From Eukaryota sp. GEM-RC1 (Eukaryota): DNA of 64,000 bases. The position numbers and the translations under genes are program-made. This document shows positions 49,844 through 60,344 of the stretch, piece after piece (position 1 is the stretch's first letter; each line of letters starts with the position of its first letter). The DNA is taken from positions 1,488,001 through 1,552,000 of the forward strand of contig JAUFOQ010000002.1 of NCBI GenBank assembly GCA_040285855.1, written 5' to 3'. The notes under the pieces were generated by a model. It ran no database searches. It had not been told where the DNA came from and saw only the letters and a program-made list of their open reading frames with translations.

Positions 49844-51925
49844 GGGAAATCGTCAATTTACATCACATAAGTAAATAACAATTCATTTAACATCAATACT
49901 CTTTTGCTAATGACTACAACTAATACAACTCTTCAACAAGGTCATTCTTATACAAACATCCAACACTTGCAGCATGATGTTTACTCTTGGTTCCTTTCGA
50001 GTGATAAAAGCTTCGACATAACTCAGAAAAACCAGAACCGTTGGGATAAACGATGTGGCTCCTCTACATTTTGTCCCTGTTACATCCACTGTTTTCAGGA
50101 CACAGACACCCACGAATGGGAAATAAGAAAGTTTGTCGATCACATTGCTTCCTGCCAATCCTTATGTTTTACGACCTTGCCTAAACAAATCTGTGCCATT
50201 TTAATGGCAGAAGAAGTAAGAGGTGGAAAGATTACCAGTCCATCTGTATTTGCTAGGAAGCTGAAAACCAAGTACTTTATTGATATAAGTCCGAGTAAAG
50301 CCTGTCGAGCTCTAAAGGCCACTAACGAACTACTTTATGGTTCTTTAGATACCTCATACACCTTTCTGGAACCCTTTTTCCAAAGTTTCAACTCCACTAA
50401 TCCCAACTCTCCTTTTAAGCTGAATGTTGCACCTGATGGCACATTTGAGCGCTTTTTCTTTACTTTTCAACCTCTTGTGAAAGGATTTGAGTTTTTAAGG
50501 CCTGTTATCGTGATAGATGGAACTCATCTGAGGTCCAAATACAAGGGAACATTGTTGGCTGCTGCTGGCATTGATGCCAACGGACATTTCTTTCCTATAG
50601 CTTTTGAAATTACTCGAACGGAAAATGTAATAAATTGGAGAAGCTTTTTGGAGAATTTGAATGACAATTTTGCAATCAACGACAAAACAGTATTTATTAG
50701 TGACAGAAATCCAGCCATATCCCGTACGCTGGTCGAAGTTTTTGGTGAAGAAACCTACCACTCTGTGTGCTGTAAACATCTCAGTGACAATCTCTCGTTC
50801 AGAGGTGGAAAGAAAGCAATGAAATTGTTTTGGAAATGTGCAAGAGCGAGTACGTTAAACGAATTTGACCGCTATTGGCAGCTCCTTCAAATCCAGTGCC
50901 CAGTGGGTTATACTTATTTGAAAGAGTCAGCTCCGAAAGAATCTTGGTCGACAGTACACTTTGAAGGGAATAGATATGGACAACTCACCTCCAATATCAT
51001 TGAATCCTTAAATGCATGGCTTCTTCCAGTTCGCTCTTTGCCAGTGACTTCAATGGTTAACGGTATCTTTGAAGCAATGACTCATTTGTTCAGAAGAAGA
51101 AAAGATGAATCAATGAAGATGCATGGAGAATTCGTTGATGATGTTGAAGAGTATTTGTTGCCGTCGATATTGAGAGCTCGCAGTTTAGAAGTAACCACGT
51201 TCTCCGACAGTTTGTATTCCGTGAGAGAAAACGAATTTGTGTTTTCTGTGGATCTGAAGTACAAAACGTGCAGTTGCGGATTCTGGAAACAACATGATGT
51301 GCCATGTATTCACGTAATGTCAGTTTCGAGACGTGTTAGAATTCACCCCAGATCTTTAGTGTCTCCCTACTATTTAGTTACTAATTTTAAGAAGACGTAT
51401 GATGGCGAATTTTATCCAATCGACTATAGAAGGAATATCGAAGAACTAGAAAGTGATGTGTTTCCTCCTTTAGATACAGTAATGCCAGGTCGTCCGCCAA
51501 TTTCACGTAAGGACAAGTACTCACGTACTAAACGCTTTAATCAAAAGAGATTCGATGAGAAGGATGCGAGTAGCGACAGTGAAGAAGTAGAACCTGACGC
51601 AGCAGCAACGGAAGAGAATCAGGAAGCAATGCCTCTCTCCCCACGTAGATGTGGTCATTGTAGAATTATTGGGCACTACAGAAGAAACTGCCCAGAGTGG
51701 ATTGTGTTGCAGCAAGGTGCCAGCAGTATGATACCAACAGTAGTAGATGGTTCAGCACCAAGACCACGACAACGTAAGTGTAGAAATTGTGACCAAGTTG
51801 GTCATGACAGGAAAAACTGTCCAACGAAATAGGTTTTATGAGTTGAAACAATGATTGCAAAATAAAGTAATATTAGATGAAAAATGCAATTAATGTATAT
51901 TAGTGATGAAATCTGCATAAATCCC
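49844..51925 (+). mobile_element. MuDR/Mutator (MULE) transposon
   Basis: 9-bp TSD TAAATTGTA (49835-49843, 51926-51934); GGG..CCC ends with imperfect ~60-bp TIRs; contains the transposase ORF. Confidence 0.9.
49910..51832 (+). CDS. MULE transposase with SWIM finger and two CCHC knuckles
   Basis: RPVIVIDGTHLRSKYKG, FISDR, CCKHL, TSNIIESLN, CSCGFW..PCIH, CGHC..GHYRRNC, CRNC..GHDRKNC; frame uninterrupted. Confidence 0.95.
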   Translation: MTTTNTTLQQGHSYTNIQHLQHDVYSWFLSSDKSFDITQKNQNRWDKRCGSSTFCPCYIHCFQDTDTHEWEIRKFVDHIASCQSLCFTTLPKQICAILMAEEVRGGKITSPSVFARKLKTKYFIDISPSKACRALKATNELLYGSLDTSYTFLEPFFQSFNSTNPNSPFKLNVAPDGTFERFFFTFQPLVKGFEFLRPVIVIDGTHLRSKYKGTLLAAAGIDANGHFFPIAFEITRTENVINWRSFLENLNDNFAINDKTVFISDRNPAISRTLVEVFGEETYHSVCCKHLSDNLSFRGGKKAMKLFWKCARASTLNEFDRYWQLLQIQCPVGYTYLKESAPKESWSTVHFEGNRYGQLTSNIIESLNAWLLPVRSLPVTSMVNGIFEAMTHLFRRRKDESMKMHGEFVDDVEEYLLPSILRARSLEVTTFSDSLYSVRENEFVFSVDLKYKTCSCGFWKQHDVPCIHVMSVSRRVRIHPRSLVSPYYLVTNFKKTYDGEFYPIDYRRNIEELESDVFPPLDTVMPGRPPISRKDKYSRTKRFNQKRFDEKDASSDSEEVEPDAAATEENQEAMPLSPRRCGHCRIIGHYRRNCPEWIVLQQGASSMIPTVVDGSAPRPRQRKCRNCDQVGHDRKNCPTK

Positions 51926-52488
51926 TAAATTGTATTGCAATATATTGAAATAAGTTATATTGCAATAAATATTGCACGTCTTTTGATGCGCAATATATTT
52001 ATTGCAACAAAGGGTTTATTGCAATATGTCACAACGACATTTATTCAGAGTAACTCTAACAAGTCTTGTTTATAAGAACACTTTCTTTCCCTGCATGTCC
52101 ATCAAGTCCAAATAAGTTAAACGGGGACCTACAGTTGGATTCTACATCACTATTGTCATCACACAACAACTACATACACATATTTCAAGCAATGAGATTT
52201 GTGGAAACTGGTACATGTGTTTATTTACGTATCAATGAAGACACGTTCCAATCATAATGGCACCCAGTACATTTTTTATGCTAGAAATATATTGCAATAT
52301 ATTTTTTCGATCCCTGAGACCAGTACATTTAGAATGAATAGTTACATTTAAAAAATAAGGATAAGGATGTTATAAAAAATGTAAAAGTTACAATATGGAT
52401 CTGTATTATACCGAGAATGGTTACGCGTAACCGTGCTAGAGCAGCAATGTATTTACTGTACATCAGTGGAGGAGAATTACCGGTCTAC

Positions 52489-52948
52489 CTAATCATCTGA
52501 AATCTCACCATCCTCATCATCCATAAATTCGGAGGCCATAAGATCGTTTTGGAACTGAGCATAAACAGCATCAAGTACGTCTTCATCATCAACAGGAATT
52601 AGGTCCATTTCATCACCAACGTTGTCTGTTTTGAAGATCATGAGACCTTCTTCGTGATCGGGAACGAGGGCATACAGTTCCCCCCTTATAAACAATGACA
52701 GATAGGTTTTGTAGATCGATGCCGGGGAGGTCGTCATCCAGAACTAGTAAATCGTTGTCCTCAAGATGAGATTCGCTAACTGTAGCACTTTCGTCGAGGC
52801 GTATTCCATCGTGTTGAAGTGAGGATGAATTGCGGTCGAAGTCAAAAAGCATTTTCAGATCACCCAGAACATCAGATATGGTTGAGGTAGGCTGCACATC
52901 AAGAGTGTAAGCATCTTCAGTAGAAGCAACAGATATTGTCAGTTTCAT
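52489..52948 (-). CDS. Ubiquitin-like domain fused to an acidic DUF1292-like domain (G-run frameshift near 52683)
   Basis: MKLTISV..YTLDVQPTSTISDV..LQHDGIRLDESATVSESHLEDNDLLVL (UBL); YKG-ELYALVP..LMIFK..LIPVDDEDVLDAVYAQF. Confidence 0.6.
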
Positions 52949-53004
52949 GTTGAAAGAAATCTTTGTAGATCATCCTTAGCTGTCCCTTAGTCCTTTCTTT
53001 TTCT

Positions 53005-53586
53005 ATGACAACAACCAACTATGCTCTTAGCAGTTACTGGGATTTGCGCTACTCAGAAGTTGAAACCGCTTCAGAGTGGCTGTGTGACTTTTCCAATCTT
53101 CATTCTTATATTATGGCACACCTCTTTCCCCAATCTGAAATTCTTGTACTAGGGTGTGGTAACAGCCGGATGCCAGTTGATCTTTACGATTTTGGTTATC
53201 CATATGTATCTGCGATAGATTTCAGTGAGGTTGTTATTGACCAAATGCAAGAACAATGGGCAGATAGAGACACCATGGATTTTCTCAACATGGATGCCCG
53301 GTCACTTGACTTTCCCTCGTCGATATTTGATGTTGTTATTGACAAGGCTTTACTAGACACCGTTCTTTGTGGAAGCGATGCTTACCTTAACGTTAGAAGG
53401 GTTCTACGTGAGGTTTACCGAGTTTTGAAAGATGGTGGGGTTTACATTGTGGTCAGCCATGGACATCCTGAACATAGGCTGAATCTCTTTTCTTCTGATA
53501 AATGGCGTATTTCTCATAAGGAGATCGTTTCAGAAGAACAATCAGATCAGTCTATATTTATTTACTTTCTGCAAAAGAAGTTATGA
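53005..53586 (+). CDS. EEF1AKMT4/METTL13-like SAM-dependent methyltransferase
   Basis: YWDLRY, EWL, ILVLGCGNS, IDFSEVVI, MDARSL, FDVVIDKALLD, EVYRVLKDGG. Confidence 0.9.
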   Translation: MTTTNYALSSYWDLRYSEVETASEWLCDFSNLHSYIMAHLFPQSEILVLGCGNSRMPVDLYDFGYPYVSAIDFSEVVIDQMQEQWADRDTMDFLNMDARSLDFPSSIFDVVIDKALLDTVLCGSDAYLNVRRVLREVYRVLKDGGVYIVVSHGHPEHRLNLFSSDKWRISHKEIVSEEQSDQSIFIYFLQKKL

Positions 53587-53901
53587 TGTGATGATTGTTT
53601 CATGTTAATGACATGTTATCTTGAACCATTCCTCATCTCTGTTACTATGTTTTCCTGCATTCTTCATTTCTCCGTAATAGATCTACGTTGATTGATTTTG
53701 AAAAGCTGGATGTGAGATTCCCCAGTTCTGACCTGCAGATTCTCTAGAATTATATTTCACTACTCTTTCTGGTTGGATACAACTAGTACTAAGTACTGTA
53801 CTTTGACCAGTGTTACTTCTTCTTTATTTATTACTTCTCAGATTTACCTACATTGTTTATGGTATACAACTAGAACGTGTTTTCGTTTTTTAAGGCATTG
53901 T

Positions 53902-56250
53902 CTACTTCTCAGATTTACCTACATTGTACATGCTGATGGACTTAACCAAATATGGCCGGGTTTCACCAGCCAGCAAACAAAAATAAAGCTCATTTCTACA
54001 TAAATACTCCACTCTCTCATCACTACCATTCATCCAATGCTCGAACATGTTCATCATGTTCAAACAAGCCATCTTGTTGCGATTCCAATACATTTGAATG
54101 GGCACTGTATGCCCTTTTCTTTTTCTCCTTCAATCGCTTCTTGACTTCTCCCAGACAGTGTTTGCTCTTACACTCTAGTAAGCCATATGGATGAATCCAT
54201 TCTCTCTTCTCTCTTGATTTGGGCTTTGGGTTGACAACCTCAATAGAAGTTTCAAAAACATCTTCATGACATTCTGGGCACTTGGACGAAGTGTTTCTCT
54301 CATCATTCAACACTGTTAGAAAACCATTTCTCTGAAAGAATGAAGTCCAAGTCTTAGTTCTGGATGGTGGACTGTGTTTTAAGTTGGACATTGGCTTCTG
54401 ACCTAAATCACCAATACATAGTACGATTTTGTCACGGCTACCAAAAGTTTTTACAATGCTGTTAACCAATTTAGACTCTGTCTTTTGCTTATGGACATGA
54501 TTTTGGATTTTGTGAATCCTCCATATATGCAAAGCATAGAAATCTTTAGTTGCATTGTAGTGAATATATTTATTCAGCATAAATTCTCTAAATTTATTGT
54601 AGTTGACTGTCTTAGAATTCTGATCTTCACCTAACCAAGTGTTCCATTCCTCAATAGTCTTCGTCTGACCTGAGGGACTAGTACCAGATCTCCTTCTAAC
54701 AAGGTACTGGTGGATTCTTTTATGCTTTCTCGAAACTCTTGACCACTCAGCATATGTCAATCGTAAAAAGTTGTATTTTTTTAGAGGATTTTGAGTTTCC
54801 CTATTTGATTTAGATGCAAGTTGTAGCATATCTCTCTTTCCAATGTCCACATAAACCATATGTTTAGAAATTAAATCAGACCTATCACACTCATTGAAAT
54901 ATTGTACTTTTACTGAAGCTTTACTTGAATCAGGTTTGCATTTCATTCCTTTCAAATCCTTTCTCACAAATTGAAAACAAATCGAAATTCCATCAGTTAC
55001 AACATAGTTGTGAATTCAAAATTGGCTTTGTCATAACTTCTGCCATCACAGTTAAACCATCTTTTCCAGTAATCTTGTTGTTGAGAATGGGTCATGTTGG
55101 TGATCTGCTGTTGAGTCTTGTCATTAGTCACTTTCGAGTGTAAAGGACCAATCTTCTTATCATTTTTCCTATATCCAAAACAGTGCTTAGCCAGTCCCCA
55201 AAGAGTTCTAGTGTCTATTGGGAAAAAACAGGGAGTATTCTCTAAACTTAGAGGAATTACATTATACAACTTAGCACCCTTGGATTCCAAGTAATCTGAG
55301 ATTTGAAGAGAATTTCTTAGAAAATGAAGTGGATACTCCTGAACTGTGTAAAGTAAATTATGAACGTCTACAGTTTCATTGTCGTTAGTAGTGATTGAAG
55401 CAGGAAATATGATGTTAAATCTTTGAAGTAATTCTGGAATTTTAACAGCCATGAGAAAATTAATCTGTTCAAATATTAACATGCTGAAATCATCATCAAA
55501 AACTTTGGAAACTTCATCAATAAACTTAATATTTTCAGGGTGAGTGGCAGAGTTAAAAGAATTAATATACTGTAAGGCTTCATGTCTAGGTCGATACAAA
55601 ATCTGATCTTTCAATATCTTTAAGCGAAATCTGAAGTAACTGGTGAATTTTTGAGCTTCACACCCTGTTAGTCCTGCAAGTTCTGGACCTAAAACTAAAT
55701 TACGTTTCTTCTTCATTCCCTTTTCAAACTCTTTCTTACCCATTACTGTATTGATAAATCTTTTAATGTACAACTCATAATTGCGACGAATATTTAGTTC
55801 AAACGCAGGCCACATTTCATACTGAGTAGTGTACTCAAAAGCTCTACTGATGTGATCAAAATCAAGTTCTGGTATATGACATGTGCCAAATGTATCAGTA
55901 ACACAGTGCTTATATCCGGGGTAGTTTGAATTGGCTATAGATTCCTTCTCCAGCAACAAAATCACGAAGATCTGTATCAATTGTTTATATAGGACGATTG
56001 TTTGGAATTTTAAAGTTATGAACTTCAGATGAAAGATTTCTAATGGAGAGCATTGTATGATTAAACAACTTGTAATCAAACTTAGACAAATCTTGTCCAA
56101 GACGATAGCGAGCCAACAGATATTCTTTAACACACATTGTAGTCTGTTGTCTTAAAGCATTGTAGAACTGAGATCCTAAAAGCATGGCATCTTGAACTTC
56201 TTGATGTTTTACCACACTAACAACTGAAGTTTTAATAGAAGCCCATGATT
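53902..56250 (-). pseudogene. Fanzor locus C: Fanzor1 nuclease portion, full length but frameshifted
   Basis: IKTSV, FELNIRRNYELYIKRFIN, YPLHFL, YNVIPL..FFPIDT, TDGIS, VYVDIG (RuvC-I), KTFG..VLCIGD, LNDERNTSSKCPEC, YGLLECKSKHC, YWNRNKMACLNM (RuvC-III with D>N), ERVEYLCR. Confidence 0.9.
53925..54000 (-). ncRNA. Candidate omegaRNA scaffold at the 3' end of Fanzor C
   Basis: Directly after ..ERVEYLCR: stem-loop TGGCTGG-TGAAAC-CCGGCCA, with possible outer TGCTG/CAGCA pairing. Confidence 0.4.
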
Positions 56251-57147
56251 GAAAAACAATTTTGTCTTTTTGAAATAAACTAAACAATTTAAACGCCAAA
56301 ATTGAATCATGAAGACAGTAGTTGATTAGAGTTTTCATTCTTTTATCATTTCTTAAACAATCAACTGGGAGTAAGTGATCCAAGTCTTTATCCAATTTCA
56401 ATTTGGGTTCAGAAAGTAAATTCCAAGATAAATTGGCTAGACTACAACCATACTTGAGACCAATATCCTTTTTGCAAACACGAAGGTATCAAAAACTGTA
56501 AAACCATTGTGATCTTTTATGATATCCAGCCATCTACTATGTAAAGGTAACTCAATTGGATTTGGATTTGTTAAAAGAGGAAGGTCAAGAGCCCACATTC
56601 TATTGTCAATTATGGGCAAATCAAAATAGAAAATATTATGGCCAATAAAAGCATTTGGTTTATATTGACTAACAATGTTAGCGTACGTAACCAATAATTC
56701 GTTTTCATTTGGGAAGACCAAAAGATCTAATTTAAAAGCTGGTGTTTCTGATTCACTGAATTTGATTTTATAATTGTAGTCAGTGTAAAGGACGATTGAG
56801 CTGTCAAATTGTAACTCACCATTGGGTTGTAGTTTTGCAATAATGACAGAGATCATGATGATTTGTTGATCTGTGAGAAAATCAAGGTCGTGAGCTTCTT
56901 TCTCAAAATCATTCATTAGAGATCTTCTCTGTTTCCAAAGACTCTTTTCCGTTCTACGATGTTCATTCAATTCTTTGTTCACTCGTGTAGGAATTCTCTC
57001 ATTGATATTTCTTGTTTCAATATCAATTATAAAAACTGTAGGAAGGTTGTCATCAACAACAGTATCAGTTACAATGTCAATAAATGGAATTCTTGATTCT
57101 TTTTCCTTTTTTCCTTTGACAACTGGAATTTCAGGAAATTCATGCAA
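56250..57147 (-). pseudogene. Fanzor locus C: PolB-type DEDDy 3'-5' exonuclease domain
   Basis: ExoI FIIDIETR, QIIMIS, FPNENELL, ExoII FIGHNIFYFD, FDTFVFAKR, ExoIII LINYCLHDSIL. No polymerase palm motifs follow. Confidence 0.85.
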
Positions 57148-57388
57148 AGAATCAGTTGAACCTTCAACTACTTGCGAACTTTGACATTCTTCGTCAGTTT
57201 TCGGGAATTTTGTACAACCACTAGATGGATTATACAGTCTCTGTTGACGTTTAGAAACTTGTTCTTGTGGACGATGAATTTCTGACGAATGACACTTTTT
57301 GGTTTCCGTTCTAGCCGTCGTGCTTTAGAGTTTTTTACGGATGTGTCAGATGAAGAAGAACAACTTGATGAAATTTTATTAGTTACTT

Positions 57389-58405
57389 CTAGAGTTTTAC
57401 GACGAGATGACATACGTGTTGAAGGTTCAGAATCGGAAGATTTATTTCTTTTCCAACAGGTTGATTAGTTTTGGGACATTGTGTCTTTCTTCTACCAGTA
57501 GAAACTTGGGTTGTTTGTTGAACTATATCTCCAGACAAGATTGAATTTAAAATTTGTTGAGCAACAGATCGATGTTGACCAGTGTGAGTGTCAATGATGA
57601 GATTCAAAATTCTTTTCCTCATTTCTAGAGCATCATATTCATTGAACAATCGAACTTGAAGTAGAATTACGTTGATATCTAGTGACATTTGTTCAAATTC
57701 AACAAATTTACTCATGTACTCTAAAATAAAAGGTCCACAGTCACCTTGTGTTTGGTGTTGAGTTACGAAAAGCCTTCCTAAATAATGATAATTGAAAGGA
57801 AAAAACACACGCTCATGAAATTGTCTAATAACATCTTCGCAACGACCTAAAGTATCTGAAAACTTTTGATGTTGATTTTGAGTAAACATTGGATCAAGGG
57901 AATAGTATCTTTTTCTCTTAATATCACAAATCAACAGAGTCCAGTGAGTTGCTTCATTATTAAAGATACCATCGTTTATTGGAATAAACAAATATTGTTT
58001 GGTTGGTGGTCTGGAAGAATTCATCAAATCTAAGGTTTCGTGAAATAATTTGTGAAGATGCCAACGATCTCTTTCTTCTTCAGCCAAATTGTCCTCTGTT
58101 ATTGCAAGTGACAATGCTTCACACGAGAGATATGAACATTTAACACTATGTTCAGTGATGTACTGTCCATAAAAGTCTACAACAGTGGTCCACAACCAAC
58201 TATGAGGTAGCAAAGAATCAATATTGGAATGATTTTCAATTAGATCGGGTCCAAGATTGGACTCAATGTCCCCGTCCATAGTCAAATCACGGAGAAATTG
58301 TGATGACTGGAGATTTATTTTGGTTTTTAACAAGAACATAATACAACAAGCACAACAAGAAATGCTATAAGAGAAACAAAACAAAACAGATATCTCAGGA
58401 CACAA
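57389..58405 (-). pseudogene. Fanzor locus C: 2A-like peptide plus Ulp1/SENP (C48) cysteine protease
   Basis: DLTMDGDIESNLGP (GDIESNLGP at 58247-58273); SLLPHSWLWTTVVDFY, LFIPIN..HWTLLICD..YSLDP..QTQGDCGPFIL. His-Asp-Cys triad intact. Confidence 0.85.
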
Positions 58406-58856
58406 GCGTCCATCGAAATCGTAGAAAAAAACCAGAACTGATGTTCTTTTGAGGAATGACTACAAGAAATTCTATAAGAGAAACAAAACAAAACAGATAT
58501 CTCAGGACACAAGCGTCCATCGAAATCGTAGGAAAAAGCCAGAACTGATGTTCTTTCGAGAGTACAAAAGACAGAGGAAGATTAGAAAGAGTTGAAGTAC
58601 ATCTGGGGCCACTAAGGACCCGCGACGTACTTCGCGTTACGAACTGATGTTCTTTCGAGAGTACAAAAGACAGAGGAAGATAAGAAAGAGTTGAAGTACA
58701 TCTGGGGCCACTAAGGACCCGCGACGTACTTCGCGTTAAGAACTGATGTTCTTTCGAGAGTACAAAAGGCAGAGGAAGATAAGAAAGAGTTGAAGTACAT
58801 CTGGGGCCACTAAGGACCCGCGACGTAGTTCGCGTTAAGAACTGATGTTCTTTCAT
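58355..58856. repeat. Compound tandem array: two units at 107-bp period and three 99-bp units
   Basis: GAACTGATGTTCTTT at 58435, 58542, 58641, 58740 and 58839. On (-) the 99-mer encodes KEHQFLTRSTSRVLSGPRCTSTLSYLPLSFVLS from ATG 58856. Confidence 0.95.
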
Positions 58857-58911
58857 AATTTGAGATAGGTTAAGAAGAGATGTGAAAGATATCTCAAATA
58901 AGGATTCACAC

Positions 58912-58965
58912 TATTTATAGGATGTTGTCTACAGTGATATCTTGACATTATGACATCTTCTTCAT
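58912..58965 (-). promoter_or_regulatory. Conserved TATA-containing upstream motif shared by Fanzor loci B and C
   Basis: (-) CACTGTAGACAACATCCTATAAATA here versus CACTGTAGACACATCTATAAATA at 37277-37299; each lies just upstream of the leader ATG. Confidence 0.6.
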
Positions 58966-59489
58966 ATGTTATTGATTCTGTTAAGTGTATTCAACATTTG
59001 GTAATACAACATTTGTATCAACAACATTTGTAGAAGACTATGAGATATACTGAAACGTACTGATACAATAAAAATCGCCATTTATTTACTCTCAAATATG
59101 TCTTATGGTTTTCTGTACATCTGTCATTCGTCAGACCTGTAGTTCCGTCCGTCTTTTCAATCCAGAAGATTATGAAGATTACGGACTGATATGAAGGAAG
59201 ACAGGGTCTTTCTGCAGTACTTACGGGCTCAATGTTATATGAGTAACCCAAGTAGTGTATTGGCTTGTTTGAAGATGATGTATATGTTTGACTTGACGAA
59301 TAAACGGATGTTTGTCAGATGGATCATTTTAGTGATGAAAATTATTGCCACAATAAACAATATTATTGCAATATTATTGTTTATTGCTGTGACTCACAAT
59401 AAATATATTGTTATTGTTTTGACCAACAATAAATGTATTGTCAATATTTATTGCAATAAATAAAATAACAATAGATTTTTTCGCCTGCC

Positions 59490-59544
59490 TTATATCGAGG
59501 GTGTCACAATATCGAGGGCGGCACTATATCGAGGGTAGACTGTA
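59490..59544. mobile_element. Solo pogo/Tigger-like terminal repeat
   Basis: Three ATATCGAGGG motifs ending in GTAGACTG-TA; no partner end found in the window. Confidence 0.5.
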
Positions 59545-60049
59545 TATTCGGATTAGACTAACAACTAACAAACAGTATTTATTCTAATAATACAATAAAG
59601 CTAATTCAAGAGTTCCACATTGCTGTGGAAAACTTTCCTTAATCTTCAATACCAACAGTATTTTCTTCATTCGTTTGGGCTACTTCTACTTGCTGTTCCA
59701 AAACGTCTTCATCATATGATGTTGCCACCACTTGAGCAGCTTGTGATACTGCCATCTGCAACCGTGCCCTGGTTAGATCCAACTCAGCGTCTTCTGATTG
59801 ATGAGTTTAATAGTACACCAAACACTGCCACATGGGATTCGTATTTAACAAACGTTCATCACCAAATAGGAGAGAGTAGGAGATGATATCTCGGGATAGC
59901 TGGTAGTGTGTGGTTACCTGGTAGTTTAGAACCACAAAGAACGACCAATAAATACATTGTTACAACAGTAATACAGTAGAAGATATCATGACAATACTAC
60001 AATATACAGCTGAAAAACGTAAAATTCAAAAACGTAAAATTTATTTGAA

Positions 60050-60337
60050 TTCCAAAGATGTTGCTAGACTCAATCAAAATTTGTATTTGTTCCATCTGCT
60101 ATTTCTATTTTTGATAGTACACGTACAAGTATTGGTGAAATGGCTTCTAAGCTTTTAACTGATTTGGGATCAATGTGTAAGTCTCACAATAGGAAACTTA
60201 ACTTATCAATTTGGCATAACAGTTTGATTTGTTCTTTGCGCCGTTTGATGCCTAAGTTTTTTAAATCAATTTTCACAAAGTTGTATAAAAACTGTGGTAC
60301 TCTTGATCAGGAATTTGCGGTGTCTAGCGTTTCATAG
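60050..60337 (+). pseudogene. CRE-like RLE retrotransposon 3' remnant
   Basis: MCKSHNRKLNLSIWHNSLICSL..; homologous to 2900-3250 (-). Confidence 0.6.
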
Positions 60338-60344
60338 CTCTTAT

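Larger units (their letters stand above)
49819..52316. mobile_element. hAT-type MITE (CAATA-subterminal family) split by a nested MULE
   Basis: TIR CAGGGATCGAAAA/TTTTCGATCCCTG; 8-bp TSD AGACCAGT (49811-49818, 52317-52324). Confidence 0.9.

Noticed and set aside
55985..58405. Polinton/Maverick or endogenous virus (PolB plus protease)
   Set aside because: Only the exonuclease domain is present; no polymerase palm, packaging ATPase, capsid, integrase or long TIRs are seen.
58355..58856. CRISPR array next to a Cas12-like nuclease
   Set aside because: Sequences between the recurring 15-mers are near-identical duplicates, not unique spacers, and the context is eukaryotic.
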